Below the pieces are notes generated by a model that was not told where the DNA came from, made no database searches, and was given only the letters and a program-made list of their open reading frames with translations. A stretch of DNA of 63,110 bases, the filler included, from Hyphochytrium catenoides (lineage: Eukaryota > Protista > Hyphochytriomycota), in the NCBI GenBank assembly GCA_900088475.1. It is 11 parts of 11 records of this genome, joined end to end, with 100 filler letters (N's around TTAATTAATTAA, not from the genome) between each part and the next. Parts side by side here need not be neighbours in the genome. Positions count along the whole stretch, not along the records: positions 49,780 to 61,944 come from FLMG01004025.1; positions 62,045 to 63,110 come from FLMG01004227.1; 9 more parts are not named here. One strand, given 5' to 3'. Of this stretch, positions 49,680 to 62,046 are shown piece by piece. The position numbers were made by a program, and so were the translations under genes. Positions within the stretch are counted from its first letter, which is position 1, and each line of letters begins with the position of its first letter.

Positions 49680-52249
49680 NNNNNNNNNNNNNNNNNNNNN
49701 NNNNNNNNNNNNNNNNNNNNNNNTTAATTAATTAANNNNNNNNNNNNNNNNNNNNNNNNNNNNNNNNNNNNNNNNNNNNTTCAGTCCTTGTGAGACTGCC
49801 TCTTCCTTGAGAAGATCGACAAAAGTATAGTGGATAGTCGAAGGTGCCGAAATTGGGCAATCTCTCGTTGACTGCTAGTGAACCTGGTTGAGGGCTTATT
49901 GGATTGCTCTGCGGCTTATTTCCCAAGAACAGAGAGGGACGAGAAGCTTTCTGCAACAAAGCTCTTGAATCTCTTGAAGTAAGCAAAGTTAACGCAGAGC
50001 GCTGCGATAGCGGCAATCCAATGTAGCAGCTAACAGCAGATTGCGCTGCAGTCCCAGACTACGCCAAACCGGAGATTAGACCTTCCAGAAAAATGCAGGA
50101 TCGCTCTCAGAAAGGAACGAGAGAGCGTTTATAAAAATAGTGACAACTCCTTCCCAAGATGATCAGCGGGCCCTGTACACCATCTCCCTCCTCCCTAGTC
50201 GCAGTCAGTTCTGATCTTCTGATCCTGCAGCACACACCTTGCTAACCCTCCGTGTTGAACAATGATTAGAGGTTCCCAGTTCCCAGAGCACTTTTAGAAC
50301 TACTGAAGAAGAAAGCCAGAGATCTTCTTTGTCTCCCGGATCTTTCCCTCGTTCCCTCTCATTCAAGGCGCGTCCACGATCAATCACTGCTTCAGCTGAA
50401 GCAGCCGCAAGCTATGATAATGACAGCAAAGCAAAGCAAAGAGCGGAAAGAGTTTCATCTCGACCTTGATCTCTCACACAGAGCAGCTGATCCCAACTCT
50501 TAGCCTTTCTTAGCGACAGGCCCGCTCGACAGAGAAGGTGCGGGCTTGAAAACTGTGAAACGCCAACCCGAGTCTACCGCGAGACAGAGTGAAGAGGATC
50601 ACGTGGAAATAACAAGGATACATCACGCAAGAGATGAGGTTGAAGGTTGGGAAACACACAATGAGAGTGAGGTGGGAATATCAAACATGTCTCATTCCAT
50701 AGAAGGAAGCTTTCACTGCTACAGAAAGCTTCGAAAGCATCGAGGATACTGCACGATAGGGTTAAACGGGCCTTCATATGAAGCCTTCATGAAATTAATG
50801 GGCTTGTAGCGAATATTTCGTAGGCCCAACGCTCAGCGGCTCAGGGATAAGAATCCTGTGTTATATTGTACAGCATTTGTTGTAGGGCTTTTAGGACTGC
50901 GTTGGGCCTACAGGTTCTTTAGTGCCAGCAACCTTGCAAGAATAGAGAGGAAAAGACCCAGCGTCATCACTCCCCTGCTCCCAGGCCCGTCATTATGAAG
51001 GAGACTATGGTTTTTATGGAAGTTTGGGCAGTGGTCCTCGAAGAGCTACCAGTACACGACTATGGAAAAGGCTTGCTGTATTGCTGTAGAAGTGAAACAA
51101 GGGGTTATTTTATTTTTAGAAAAGGGAGAAAGGACAGGAGGAGAAATTTTTGTGAGCTTGCACTTGCTATGTCGTCACTTGTAGCGCGATTCTCCTCATA
51201 AATAAAGTCATCTTTCCTAGTAGTTCTAGTAGTAGAGTAGGGAGGAAGAGCAATAGGATCTTGGGCTTTGGCCTTAATTAACAATAATGAGGAAGAAAAC
51301 AAACAGTAGAGCTAAAGGGGAGTATCTACCATCTACCAGTCTATGTATGGCGATTCGTGCACTTTTCCAACTAGTTCGTGCACTTTTCAGCTGTTCTTGC
51401 TCTGGAAAATGCTAATTATAATAAGTGGAGCAGTGATATAACGAGCAGAGCAAGAACAGCTGAACGCGATGTACACTTCTTTCGGCACCGCTTGATCAGG
51501 CAAATGTCCTTGGCTCTGCACGAGGAGGCAGCCCGAATGATTGTTTCCCGGTTGACCCCTTCTACGCCTTTTCTTGCTGCTTTCCACTCTTCTCCGCTTT
51601 CTTCTTCTCCTCCCTTTCTTTCTTTTCCTCCTTCTTCTTCTTCTCAACAACCTACGACCTCCCCGGCTCCTGTTCCTCCTCCTGTTGATGATGTTCAAGG
51701 GGAGATTCCAGAATTTTTTCTCTCCCGTATTATTGTTGGTGAGGAAGATGATCTCCCCGCGTCCTCCTCAGTGTCCCCACAGCTCTCGCTTCCTGCCCAA
51801 CATCCTCCCCGGCCGCCGCCCTTGGTGGTCAAGTGATAACGGAGCTGCTTTCTTCCTCTTTTTCTCTTTTCTGGCCTACTGGTACTTTTTGCTCTTGTTC
51901 TTCTTGCTCGTTGTACATCTTTCATATCTTCTTTTTTAAACAGTAGTCTACTAGTCACTTCTTTCTAATCATTGCTCGTTAAGTAAAGGCATCTCTAAAT
52001 AACAAAGAACAATTATGTCAAAGCTACTACCAAAAACTATAAATTTACTCTATCTCGAGATTATACCTGCAATGCCCTCCAGCAACAGCAGCTGCCGGAA
52101 GCTGAGCCAGGACCGCACTCTCATTTGCTCAGGCTGAGGCAATAAACTATGGGAAACCATCTCATCAGCGTTGCATCGTTGCAAGAGGACACAGATCTGT
52201 CTGTAGGCGGTGGCGGTGAAAGTAGAGAGAGGGAGGCTCACACTCCCAC

Positions 52250-53340
52250 ACCTGTCAGAGAGAGCCCTAAGCCATTCTTTCAGCGTGGAATGGACTGTTT
52301 CCTAGCAATTGTTAGTTATACTATACGTCGCCTTGAGAAGCTACGTTGTGGTGAAGAGGCAAACGGCAGTAGTAGTAAAAAGAGACGTTATCATCGTCGT
52401 CACTGTGCTACACTACCTCGCCACCGTCCTCATAACTGTTAGCCTTTTTGCTTAGCTGAGTGAGGACAGCATAGCCTTGGGCGGCCAATTCCAGTGGATC
52501 TGATAGACAGCGCTATGTAGATGATATAACAACAGAAAGAGTCCACAGAGCTCCAATCAGCTCTTAGTAATGAATCCAGCACTGCATTACCTCGTTATCA
52601 TACGCAGATGGAGATCATTGCGTATGAGGAGAAGGTTCTCCCGTCATATTCCTCCTCACTCTCTAAGACTACTACTATGAGAAGTTAGAGTCCTCTTTGA
52701 CCAGGCCCCCAATCAGAGCCCGGTACAAGGTGCCATTGCTACTGCTACTTGAAGAACACGACTATAGCCCGTCCACTGGTTCAGTGAGAAGTGTCAGTGT
52801 CCCTTCTTCGACGTCTTACCACTTCGACTGTAGAATAGACACCGGTTGCTTTGGTCAATCAGCATCACTCCTCTATCCTTTACGAGTAGTTCAGGTTTGG
52901 GGCCAGGACAACTACAACATCCGTCAGAAACTTACAGTCTACTCCTTTGTCCTGAGACCCGGACTCTGGACTACTCCCCGCGTCATCCTGCATCTGAACA
53001 GAGTCATCAGTCTCCAGGTATTGAAAATGTCACTTCTTCGCCGGGCTCATTCTTCCCGTCTTCTTCTTCTTTCTCTTCGTACGTCCCGTAGGCTTCTCAT
53101 CAGGCAAAAGGACCCGTCCCCTCAGTACGTATAGCTCATTCTCAGCAGACTCTTGAGCTACTCCTAGAAGCTGCAGATGATCCTTGCATCTTCGGCCTGC
53201 TTGCGTCACCTTATAGATCCTTCCCTCTTTGCTGGAACGTCAACTGCAATCCCCTTTCAATATCCGGTACAAGGAGTGATACTGTCATCCGTTTCAAGTA
53301 CCATCTCGACATCTCCCTCGTCGATTGCTAGCAGCTTGGC
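52250..53340 (-). mobile_element. Highly decayed Copia-like pol remnant
   Basis: Stop-riddled fragments resembling GAG-pre-integrase (GVAQESAENELYVL) and integrase (PHSAKQKG ~ PxxPQQNG). Lies next to the gag copies. Confidence 0.4.
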
Positions 53341-53355
53341 TCCACCGGCGGGGGT

Positions 53356-54240
53356 GAGCTCCATAGGTCCCTTTAGGCGTACTTAGGTCGTGCTGAGGCG
53401 TTGGAGGGTAAACTTGCCAGCCTGAGGAGACATGGAGAGGATGCTGACATGGTAGACTAACTACTGCAGGGGCTGATACCTAAGTTCCACCACGTCGCAG
53501 GTACGCTGGAAGCGGACCAGAACCTCACAAAATAAAAACTAACCAGTGCCTTGCTCAGCGCAGAGCGTAGAATGCGCCTGCGAGAGGAAAGCTACGGAGG
53601 GGATTATAATGATGAGGCGGAGCAGTCCCTGACAGCCACCACTCGTCGAGCGAGGACCAAAACGAAGCCTCCAAGAAGGGAGAACCCAGTCTCTTTCCTG
53701 AATACAGCTCTGTCGTAAGACATGTGAGTCGTGCATCATGAGTCCAGGATCCACCTTTGGTCCTTCTTAAGTCCTGGCCTTCTCGGAGCATCCTGCCCCG
53801 CGTTGTGGTTAGCTTAAGGCTTACGTGCATGTTCATCTTCGTCCGCCTTTCTTTCTTCTTCTTGGGCGTGTCTTCTTCCTCGTCCTCCTCCTCTTCTGAC
53901 GAGGACTCGTAGCCGGGGCAATCTACCTGCCTGTGATCAAGGCTGCCACAATGTCCAGCAGCCAAACCTCTTCTTATTGGGTTCTCCCTTTCCTGGAGAC
54001 TTCTTTTCAATCCTCCCGCGACGAGTGGTGGCTATCAGGGACTGCTCCGCCTCATTATGATCATCCCCTCCTCCGTACCGCTTCCAGCAGCATGTCTGCG
54101 ACGCGGTGGAACTTCGGTATCAACCCCTGCAGTGGTTAGTCTATCATGTCAGCATCCTCTCCAGGTCTCCTCAGGCTGGCAAGTTTAGCCTTCAAAGTCT
54201 CAGCACCACCAAAGTACGCCTGAAGGGACCTATGGAGCTC
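53356..54240. mobile_element. Two diverged Copia gag fragments in inverted orientation
   Basis: Arm 53356-53688 is the reverse complement of 53978-54240. Translation LLQGLIPKFHHVAGTLEADQNLT..KLTSALLSAERR is UBN2/Retrotran_gag-like. The minus copy continues into a zinc-knuckle remnant CGSLDHRQVDCP. Confidence 0.8.
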
Positions 54241-55028
54241 TTCTGATGTTTTCATTCATCATCTGATGAAGTTCACCCTATTTCTCGTGCTCGGCTTCCT
54301 ATATTATCTTTAGGATAAGAAGGCAGGAAAGGTGTTGGACCAAGTAATGTGAGATCCGCTCTATAGAATATCTAAGTATGATTCTTCCTTTGGTATCGAT
54401 GATGGTCGGGGCGGAGAGAGAGAGTTGATGGAGAGACCAACAACAGCTCCTCCTCTTCTTTCTTGCTTCTTCTGATGATTGATGAAGCACAACGTATCTT
54501 CCTACAGGTACCAGGAACTGCCAAGAATACACTGGTAGTGTTTTTGGCACTTTCGTTNNNNNNNNNNNNNNNNNNNNNNNNNNNNNNNNNNNNNNNNNNN
54601 NNNNNNNNNNNNNNNNNNNNNNNNNNNNNNNNNNNNNNNNNNNNNNNNNNNNNNNNNNNNNNNTGATGTCTGTTGGCAGTGGGGCAAGATTCTTAGAAGT
54701 ACTCCTCGGCTCACTTCTTCAGCCATCATCATCCTGTTTGTCTCACCACCATCCTCTTCTCTGTCTGGGTCACTTCCCTACTACCTGCTGCTTGTGCTGC
54801 CATCGCAAAAAGAAGAAGAAGAGAAGAGGCACCTGAATCTATCACTCCGGCTGTTTATCAGGCACATTGTAGCTACTTCGCTGACGAGAGGAGGAAACGA
54901 TCCTAGAGTGGACAACGACGGACTCTGCATGTGTACCTTCCAGAAGCAGAGCAGCCTAAAAATCACACAGTCGTCTTGTGCTTGATAGGTCGCGGTCGCG
55001 CTGTTCACCCAGCGGCTGCTGGCGGATA

Positions 55029-55502
55029 ATGGGGACCATTGAGTTAATGGACCTTGAGAATTTGTTCTATTACGTAGTGAATGAAGTCATCTTCGCCTTT
55101 CAGGTAAGCAAGATAGGGAGGAGCAAGTTACTGAGCATGCGTGGATAATGTCACATATACAGAACTATGGCTGGTATCTTGTCTTCGCGGGAGCTGTCAT
55201 CTACTCTGTAAAACCGTACGTCGTCAACTATATAGAAGAACGACGGCGCCTTAAAGGTCTTGCAGAAGCAAATGGTAGGAGAGATGATTTGCTGGATAGG
55301 GCATACACTGCCCGTTTCTTAGTCCAACGTTGCCATAAGCTCCATTTGCTGCCTAGCCTGTCAGCCAATAGTTCTTTGGTTGCCTAAGCCCTTTTTGTCC
55401 TACTGTTTGGTCCTAGATCCGGAAAGGGTCCGCATCCTTGACATTGAGCGAAACCGAGTGCGCGAGATGCAGCAGAAGCGGACCATCAACAAGCTACAGT
55501 GA
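55029..55502 (+). CDS. Selenoprotein S (VIMP)-like small membrane protein lacking the Sec-containing tail
   Basis: Exons 55029-55103, 55163-55274, 55417-55502 give ...FQNYGWYLVFAGAVIYSVKPYV...LAEANDPERVRILDIERNRVREMQQ. The YGWY-TM-helix-DP/EP-coiled coil pattern is that of SelS. Confidence 0.7.
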
Positions 55503-55642
55503 GATCAGGCTGCTCACATCCTGACTCTGCTAGTGTACTTCTGCCCTTCAATGTAAGGCAACGCACAAGATAAGGGTGTGAATGAAGGTTTAGAGATCGA
55601 TGTCTTTTATCACAGAGGGCTAAGTGACTCGTCGAACTCTAC

Positions 55643-57909
55643 TTAGAAGGACAATAGCATAGCTATGAGTAGGATAACTAGGACAAGAGCATAAACAGGC
55701 TGCTGAAGCGCACTTGCTGCGCTTTTCTTGTTGGCGTTGATGGCAGTGACCGTCGTGGGGGTGCTTTCTGTCTTTCCAGTAGGGACCGGTGCAGGGACCA
55801 CGGCTTGATTCTGCTCCTCGTCTTCGCTGGGGGGTTTCCACTGCTGTCCCGGCTTAGTGGGTGGCTGTGTGGGTATAGGGGCAGGTGCTGGGGCAGAGTT
55901 GCAGGCCGAAGTATCTGTACAAGGGCATCCTCTGCCCCCATCTACTGGGATATAGTGGCAATAGAGAACCTTGCTGTTACCTGTTCCAAAAGAGGAGGGT
56001 CATTTCTGGTGGGCTTTATATGAAGCGAATACCATAGACTTACCGCTCCCTCCATTGGGCCCAAACACATAGTCGTCAGCGAAGGTGTAAAATTGCACCT
56101 TCATCCAGTTCTTTGAGACCTGTATGCTGGTGTAGCCGTACCTATCACCTAGGGTCCAGATCCTGAAGGCATAGATAGACGATCAGTAAGCCGAAGACTG
56201 AACAACTTGATCTTTAGAACTTGTCGAAGTCCCTGTTGCCGTACCTCTTCGCTCCTGTCTCTGGCAGAGGATCACCAATGGACTCTGCGCTAATGCCGCC
56301 ACCAGATCCATCCATAATGAAGTGAGTCTGAGAAAACTCCTGATAGTCATGACTCATGGAGTGAGTGTGGCCGCACAGCCAGAGGTTGAGGTCCTTGCCA
56401 ATTGAGTCCACAATCGTCTGGTAATCTGGAGTATTGGGGTCAAAGTGATGGAGCGGCGAGTAGTGGGTTGTCACGATCTTCCAATCCGCCGTCGATGCCT
56501 TCAGGTCCTTTTGCAACCTCTCTATTCCAGTCTATAGAGAATGTCTTAGAGACTAACAATAGCTAGGTTCCTCCATGGACTACATACCTTGAACCAAGAC
56601 TCAATCTTGCCCTTGCACGCGTTGTAAATGTCCACTGGGGCGCACCCAGGGGCACCGGGGAACACGTTTTTGCAACCGCCGCAGTCTGCTAGAGTTTTCC
56701 CTAACCACCACGCGTGTATTAGTGTTGGGGAATGCGGAGATATTGTATCCAGTTGCTTTGCCAGTTAGCTCACCTTTGGCACATGTGGCTGGGATCTGCT
56801 GACCATAGCCATAGCACTGACAGCAGATCTCATTTAGGCCGTGAGATCCTGCGACATTTGTATCCAAGCTGTAGACCTCTACGGTAATTCCTCCCGCCGA
56901 GAAAGTTCTCTTGAAGTAGATATCATCAAAGGTCCATCTAGACACAGAGGTGAAGTATTCAGCCTATCTGTTATGTGGCGTAGATCTATAGCGATGGCTT
57001 ACTTTCCACTCCCTTTGTAGTTCCTTGTCGCGGCAACGTAACCATCAAGTGCCGCTGCCGCTTCACCTGGACTATTGCAAGGTCGGTGCCAGAGATCGTT
57101 CATTGCTGCGGTTCCTGGGTCGTCTCCACAGATGAAGCCGCTGCCCCCAACGTCATGATTCCCCAGACACATAAGCCATGGGACGTTAAGACTCGGCTGG
57201 CTGTACATATCCTCAAAGACCACCTTGAACATCTCCGAGTTCTGGTTCATGACGCCATCCCAGTAGAAATTATCTCTGTAGGTCGACACTGAGTGACGGA
57301 TAAACCTAGGGATAAATCAGGCCTTGGTCTTACCCCTGGGTTATTACGGCGCTTATCTTTGGTGTCATTTTAGAGGCCGTGTCTGCCATCAAGTTGGCAA
57401 CGTTCTTCTGTGCATGCCATTGCTTCCACCACTCGCTGGTGCCACAAGGGATAGGCTGCCCGCGCATGTTCACTCTGGAGCCCCATCCTTTGAGGGGTGG
57501 GTTGCAATCGGGCCCCACGGGCTGAGGAGCTCCTTGTTGCGCGACGGTGGCACCAAAGTCACCGAGAGTGAGGAAACTAAGCTCCCAGTTTGCTACAAGG
57601 GGTCAAGAAGCGTTACACAAGGGCCATGGACTATGCATACCGCGAGAGCGTACCTTGGGCGGGTGCTATCCACTTGGAAGGATCAATCTTAACTTTATCT
57701 TGCTCGACCAAGCTGTTGCCGGTCATCGTGCTATGAAATGCTCCTCGCCTGGCGAAAAGATTGAGGCCGAGAGAGCTAGGTAGGGTCCTTACGGACGCAA
57801 TCTGATAGGTGTGAATCATGCCAATCACTGCCAGAGATACCGCTGCCACCACCAAGAAGCGAAGAAGCCAGAGGCTTCCTCTAGTAGTGGAGGAATCTGC
57901 AGTCCGCAT
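55643..57909 (-). CDS. Calcineurin-like metallophosphoesterase (purple/tartrate-resistant acid phosphatase type), surface-anchored
   Basis: Motifs GDFG, GDNFY, GNHD, THY and GHTH; Cys-rich insert ICCQC; CHYIPVDG. N-terminal hydrophobic anchor, P/T linker, and C-terminal KSAASALQQPVYALVLVILLIAMLLSF*. Short GT-AG introns. Confidence 0.92.
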
Positions 57910-59583
57910 TGCTCTGAATGGAAAAGCGACGCAGACAAGCAATAAGAGAGATTGAACAGTCACGCTATTTCGCGTGACGGTAGCCCGACTGACGGTGGAC
58001 AAGCTGGAATGAAGGTGGGACGGTTTGAAAGCCTTTACACTGTTCCCTCGTTGATTCGGAGCTCTTGAGACTATAGGGCTCCGTCTAATAAGATGACCTT
58101 CGGGGGCTCAGATCTGTCCGTGGTCTCCTTCACCTGCTTCAGCACCTTGCTCCCACTTCTTCACCGGCTCGCAGTAAGCCGATCCTTCTCCTTCCTTCTC
58201 CTCCTCCTCCTTCTTGTCTCTGGCCTCTAATTGCTTATTACTAGCCGCTGGTCCCGCCCCCTGCCATGCCTGTCTTTGTTGCTGCCTCGCTGCCTCTTCG
58301 CCATTCCCTTCGTGGAGCCGCACAGGCCGATGAGGAACTGGGCGAAGAGTCATCCATTGAGACAATCGAACTTCAATCAAGAACCGTGATGATTGAGGAT
58401 TTCTAAGCCTTTATTCCGGTATATTTTAATTAACAGCAATGATAGTTTGGAATGAAGGGACGTCCTCCTATTGTGACGTTCGAGATTGGCTAACTATTTG
58501 CCTGAGCATGTACCACCTTCCCAGCCGACTATCCCTTACTACGCCCTTCAGAGCTCACAAATGGAGTAATATCCGGCAATATCAGGACCAGGCTCTCCAC
58601 CTAGTGCCTTTTTAACGATTATGGTCAATGTTAAATAGGTCATTTTATCTCATGTACTCAGCGTGAGCCATCATATAACTGAATATATCGGGACGAGGAT
58701 TACATGGAATGGTCAGAGCATACAAGGCGGGCCGCGGATGCTCAGCAATGCGATGAGCGATGCACCAGATAGATTTTTTTTAGTGCAGCAGCACCAAGAG
58801 GAGGGATGATGAGGGATGAACCGCCTTCGGACTCTCCAGCGTTTCTTATAGTTCCAGGTGCTGCTGAGATGGAAAGCTTGATGATGATGTGAAGCAGCCG
58901 CTGCTGATGAAGCCAGCAGCTTCATCAATGATCGGATCGCGAGGCGGAGGAAGGCGAGGCGGAGGAAGTGAGCAATGGAGCTGAGAATAGATAAGAGATG
59001 ACGTGAGAAATAAATGGGATCTGAGACCAAGAGACATGCAGAAAAGGAGTGGAGCCTGTAATGATCCATAGAGGGCACATCCTACTCCGTCCGTGAAGCG
59101 GCAGAGGCTGACTTATTTATGTTTGACCGGTGCTTGCGACAAACTACCTTATCAGGTTAGGTCCGTACATTGTGATGGAGCAGCTGGAGAGTGGGCCAGA
59201 CAGGACATCGAGTTTTGGAGGCTTTTCGCGGGTGGCATTTCTATCAACGGCTGTGCTAAGTCCCAGCTTGAGTACCGCTTGTTCGCACCTATTTAGGAAT
59301 TCTTTTATCGAGGTCCCTGAGTTCCCGACGGCTTTGACAACTGCTGAATGTCTAAAAGCTCTATCGAGGTCTTCAGAGGAGGGCGAACCTTGACCACCCT
59401 AGCATAAATGGTGCTCCTCCTTGGGGGCGCAGTTACTACCGAGGACAACACCCCCGCGCGGTCTGCTTCAGTAACCCCGGCGCTATAGCCGCGTGTGCTT
59501 GCCATCTCTTGAAAGCAAAGCTATGATAGGGCACCACTTTCATCATGCCCGCTAGAGAGGACTCTTTCCAGCCGTCGTCCATA

Positions 59584-59676
59584 ACACCATATACCGCAGA
59601 TCAACGCTAATAAGGTGTCACCAGGTCTAACACACCGTATACCGCAAATCAACGCTGATAATGTGACACCAGGTCT
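59584..59676. repeat. 48-bp tandem duplication
   Basis: acacc(a/g)tataccgca(g/a)atcaacgct(a/g)ataa...caccaggtct occurs twice. Confidence 0.85.
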
Positions 59677-59992
59677 GTTGACGGCCAAGAACTGTCGCCC
59701 GACCTGTCGGCGGTCAATAGTGCTAGATATAGAACTTGGAGGTGACTACTACGAAGTATTAGAGGATGACGTTCTAGAGAAGCCAGAGATGGGACCCAGA
59801 GACTAGCTGACTAGGAATAGGCAAGCCAGGTAGCCTCAATAACCAATATAGGTATTGAATTAGCGAGTGCAAGCTCCCATACTCCACACACACACTGCTA
59901 ACACCCGTCGTATGTTGCTCCTACTCTAGAAGATAAATAGTTACTGGTGAGTACTGTACACTCCTCCTCAAGATGTAGAGGCGCCGTCTTGT

Positions 59993-60634
59993 CTAGTAAG
60001 CCTCAGCCTCAGCTCCGAAGGTATCAGCCATAATCATCAGCAGGAGCATGCACATTACATAGTCCGTGCCAGCGGCGACGTACAGCGTCATTGCATTCTG
60101 GCCCCTCTCCCAGCTTTTTCTTGTGGTTGTCACGTCGCCAATTACCTTTGCCACCCTCTGACCCTTAGAGTTTTTGAACTGATAGGACGACTGGTTTCCT
60201 TGGATGGTCATTGAGGCCAGGCTGCCATCTGCTGCTGCCGCGGCTGCGTAGTTCTCTGACTCCCTAGTAGCCAGGACATATACCGAGCCTTTTAGGATTC
60301 CCTTGCTGTTGGGTCGGGTTGGTAGATGGACCACAGCCTTAATCCAGGAGGACGCATCTCTGATAATGTGCCGGAGCCTGTTGTTTATTGTCACTGACTC
60401 CACCGAAGCCACGAGCTTGTTCGTGGAATCGTACAACTGCTTGTTCTTCACGCTGAAGAGCGTCTGCCCATTTCTGTCAATGCAGTCGAAGTTCCCTGAC
60501 CAGCTCCAAATCTTGTGGTGGATCTTGAAGCTTGTCTCAAAGTTCACAGCGTAGTGAGGTGAGATAATTTTGATTGGCCGCTTCGTCTGTGAGACCAGCC
60601 TGCCGTCGAACTCCTTACTAGCGCAGCAACCCAT
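59993..60634 (-). CDS. LURP-one-related / tubby C-terminal-like (scramblase fold) protein with N-terminal acylation motif
   Basis: 213 aa intronless ORF: MGCCAS; IISPHY...KIWSWSGNF..IDRNGQTLFSV; GQRVAKV; TLYVAAGTDYVMCMLLLMIMAD C-terminal helix. Confidence 0.85.
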   Translation of the reverse strand: MGCCASKEFDGRLVSQTKRPIKIISPHYAVNFETSFKIHHKIWSWSGNFDCIDRNGQTLFSVKNKQLYDSTNKLVASVESVTINNRLRHIIRDASSWIKAVVHLPTRPNSKGILKGSVYVLATRESENYAAAAAADGSLASMTIQGNQSSYQFKNSKGQRVAKVIGDVTTTRKSWERGQNAMTLYVAAGTDYVMCMLLLMIMADTFGAEAEAY

Positions 60635-62046
60635 TGTCTCAGCAGCCTATATATGGCCTCTATTCAGAGACGTGGCGACGCGCTTCGTCGTTGCAAGGCG
60701 AAGCTATTTATGTCTGCTACTTTCTACAAAGAGTCTTTAATCCTAAGCGTGAAGGCAGTCCTAGACTTTCCTCTCCCTCGACCCCAATGAGCTGCAAAGT
60801 GGTGTGTGAGGTGTATTTAGCTGTGGCTGAGTGGATGCGCACTAGCCAAGCTTCTGGCTCTGTAGGGGTGTCCGCAAGCTCGCAATCTCTCAATCCATTG
60901 TGCGTGGCAAAAAAGTTAGCTCCACGCCGTCTCCTACCCTCATTACCATGCGTCTTTTAGCGGAACATTAACAGAGGCGCTGCGTCAGTGGAGAGAGAGT
61001 CGGACAGAGAAGAGAAGGTGAAGAAACGACACTCAGTAAGTGAGCAAGTCTTATAACGAAGAAAGGAAAGGTTGGCGAAGAGATGGATTCTCATCAGTAG
61101 AGAGAGCAGACTAAGAAAAACCTCTCATACGAAGAGAGAAAGGCGATCCACTAGCAACAGGAAGAAAGAGCACTCGTACCAAGTCTACGGTCACACATAC
61201 TAGTTCTACTAGAAGGAGGGGAAAGAGCCAGGGGGAAGTACGACGCGACAGGGAGGACATAGAGGAACGTTGTAGCGAGGGAGTGAGATAAGACGACAGC
61301 AGCCAGCAAACCAGCGGCTTCGTGATAGAAAGAGAGGGAAAAGGAAGAAGGAGAGAGCACAAGAACAAAGAAAACCCAAGAAGTTAGCCAGGAGAGAATA
61401 GACTGAATAGTTCTTGGAGAGTACGAGAGAGCGAGAAGAAGAGAGATAGTACTACTAGAGGAATGTTACCGAGAATGTCACAGAAGAGAGAGAGAGAGAG
61501 AGNNNNNNNNNNNNNNNNNNNNNNNNNNNNNNNNNNNNNNNNNNNNAGAGAGGGAGAGAGAGAGCGGCGGCAACATCTGGCGCAGCATCAGAGGCTCCAC
61601 CTCCTACATCTTCCGATAAGGGTCATTGTGTCTGTATCACAAGCCTTACAACCAGAGGTTATGCCTTTAGGGGTCAGAATCAGAGGTACAGTTTCTGACT
61701 TGAAAGGTTAACCAACATAATGAAGAGACAGATGCACCACCGAGATTAGCCTTAAGCCTTTCCTAACCCTATAATAATGGAAGACAGAGCGAAAGAGAGA
61801 TAGAGGTATGAGCGTGCATTTGCTAGACTCCCAAAAATGTGGCTTCTGACGACCGATCGGATAATAACAATGCGAGAGAAGAGGGGAGAGTGAGAGAGAG
61901 AGAGAATAAGAGAGAAAGAAAGAGAGAGAGAGAGAGAGAGAGAANNNNNNNNNNNNNNNNNNNNNNNNNNNNNNNNNNNNNNNNNNNNTTAATTAATTAA
62001 NNNNNNNNNNNNNNNNNNNNNNNNNNNNNNNNNNNNNNNNNNNNAC

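Noticed and set aside
51378-51836. ORF resembling a Copia gag N-terminus (LENANYNKWS)
   Set aside because: Similarity too short to call; the remainder is low complexity and there is no clear LTR/PBS.
55500-55502. TGA as selenocysteine in the SelS-like gene
   Set aside because: Wrong sequence context for SelS Sec and no convincing SECIS; treated as a stop.
58846-59037. IIDEAA Walker-B-like word
   Set aside because: Isolated hexapeptide with no Walker A or surrounding helicase/terminase context.
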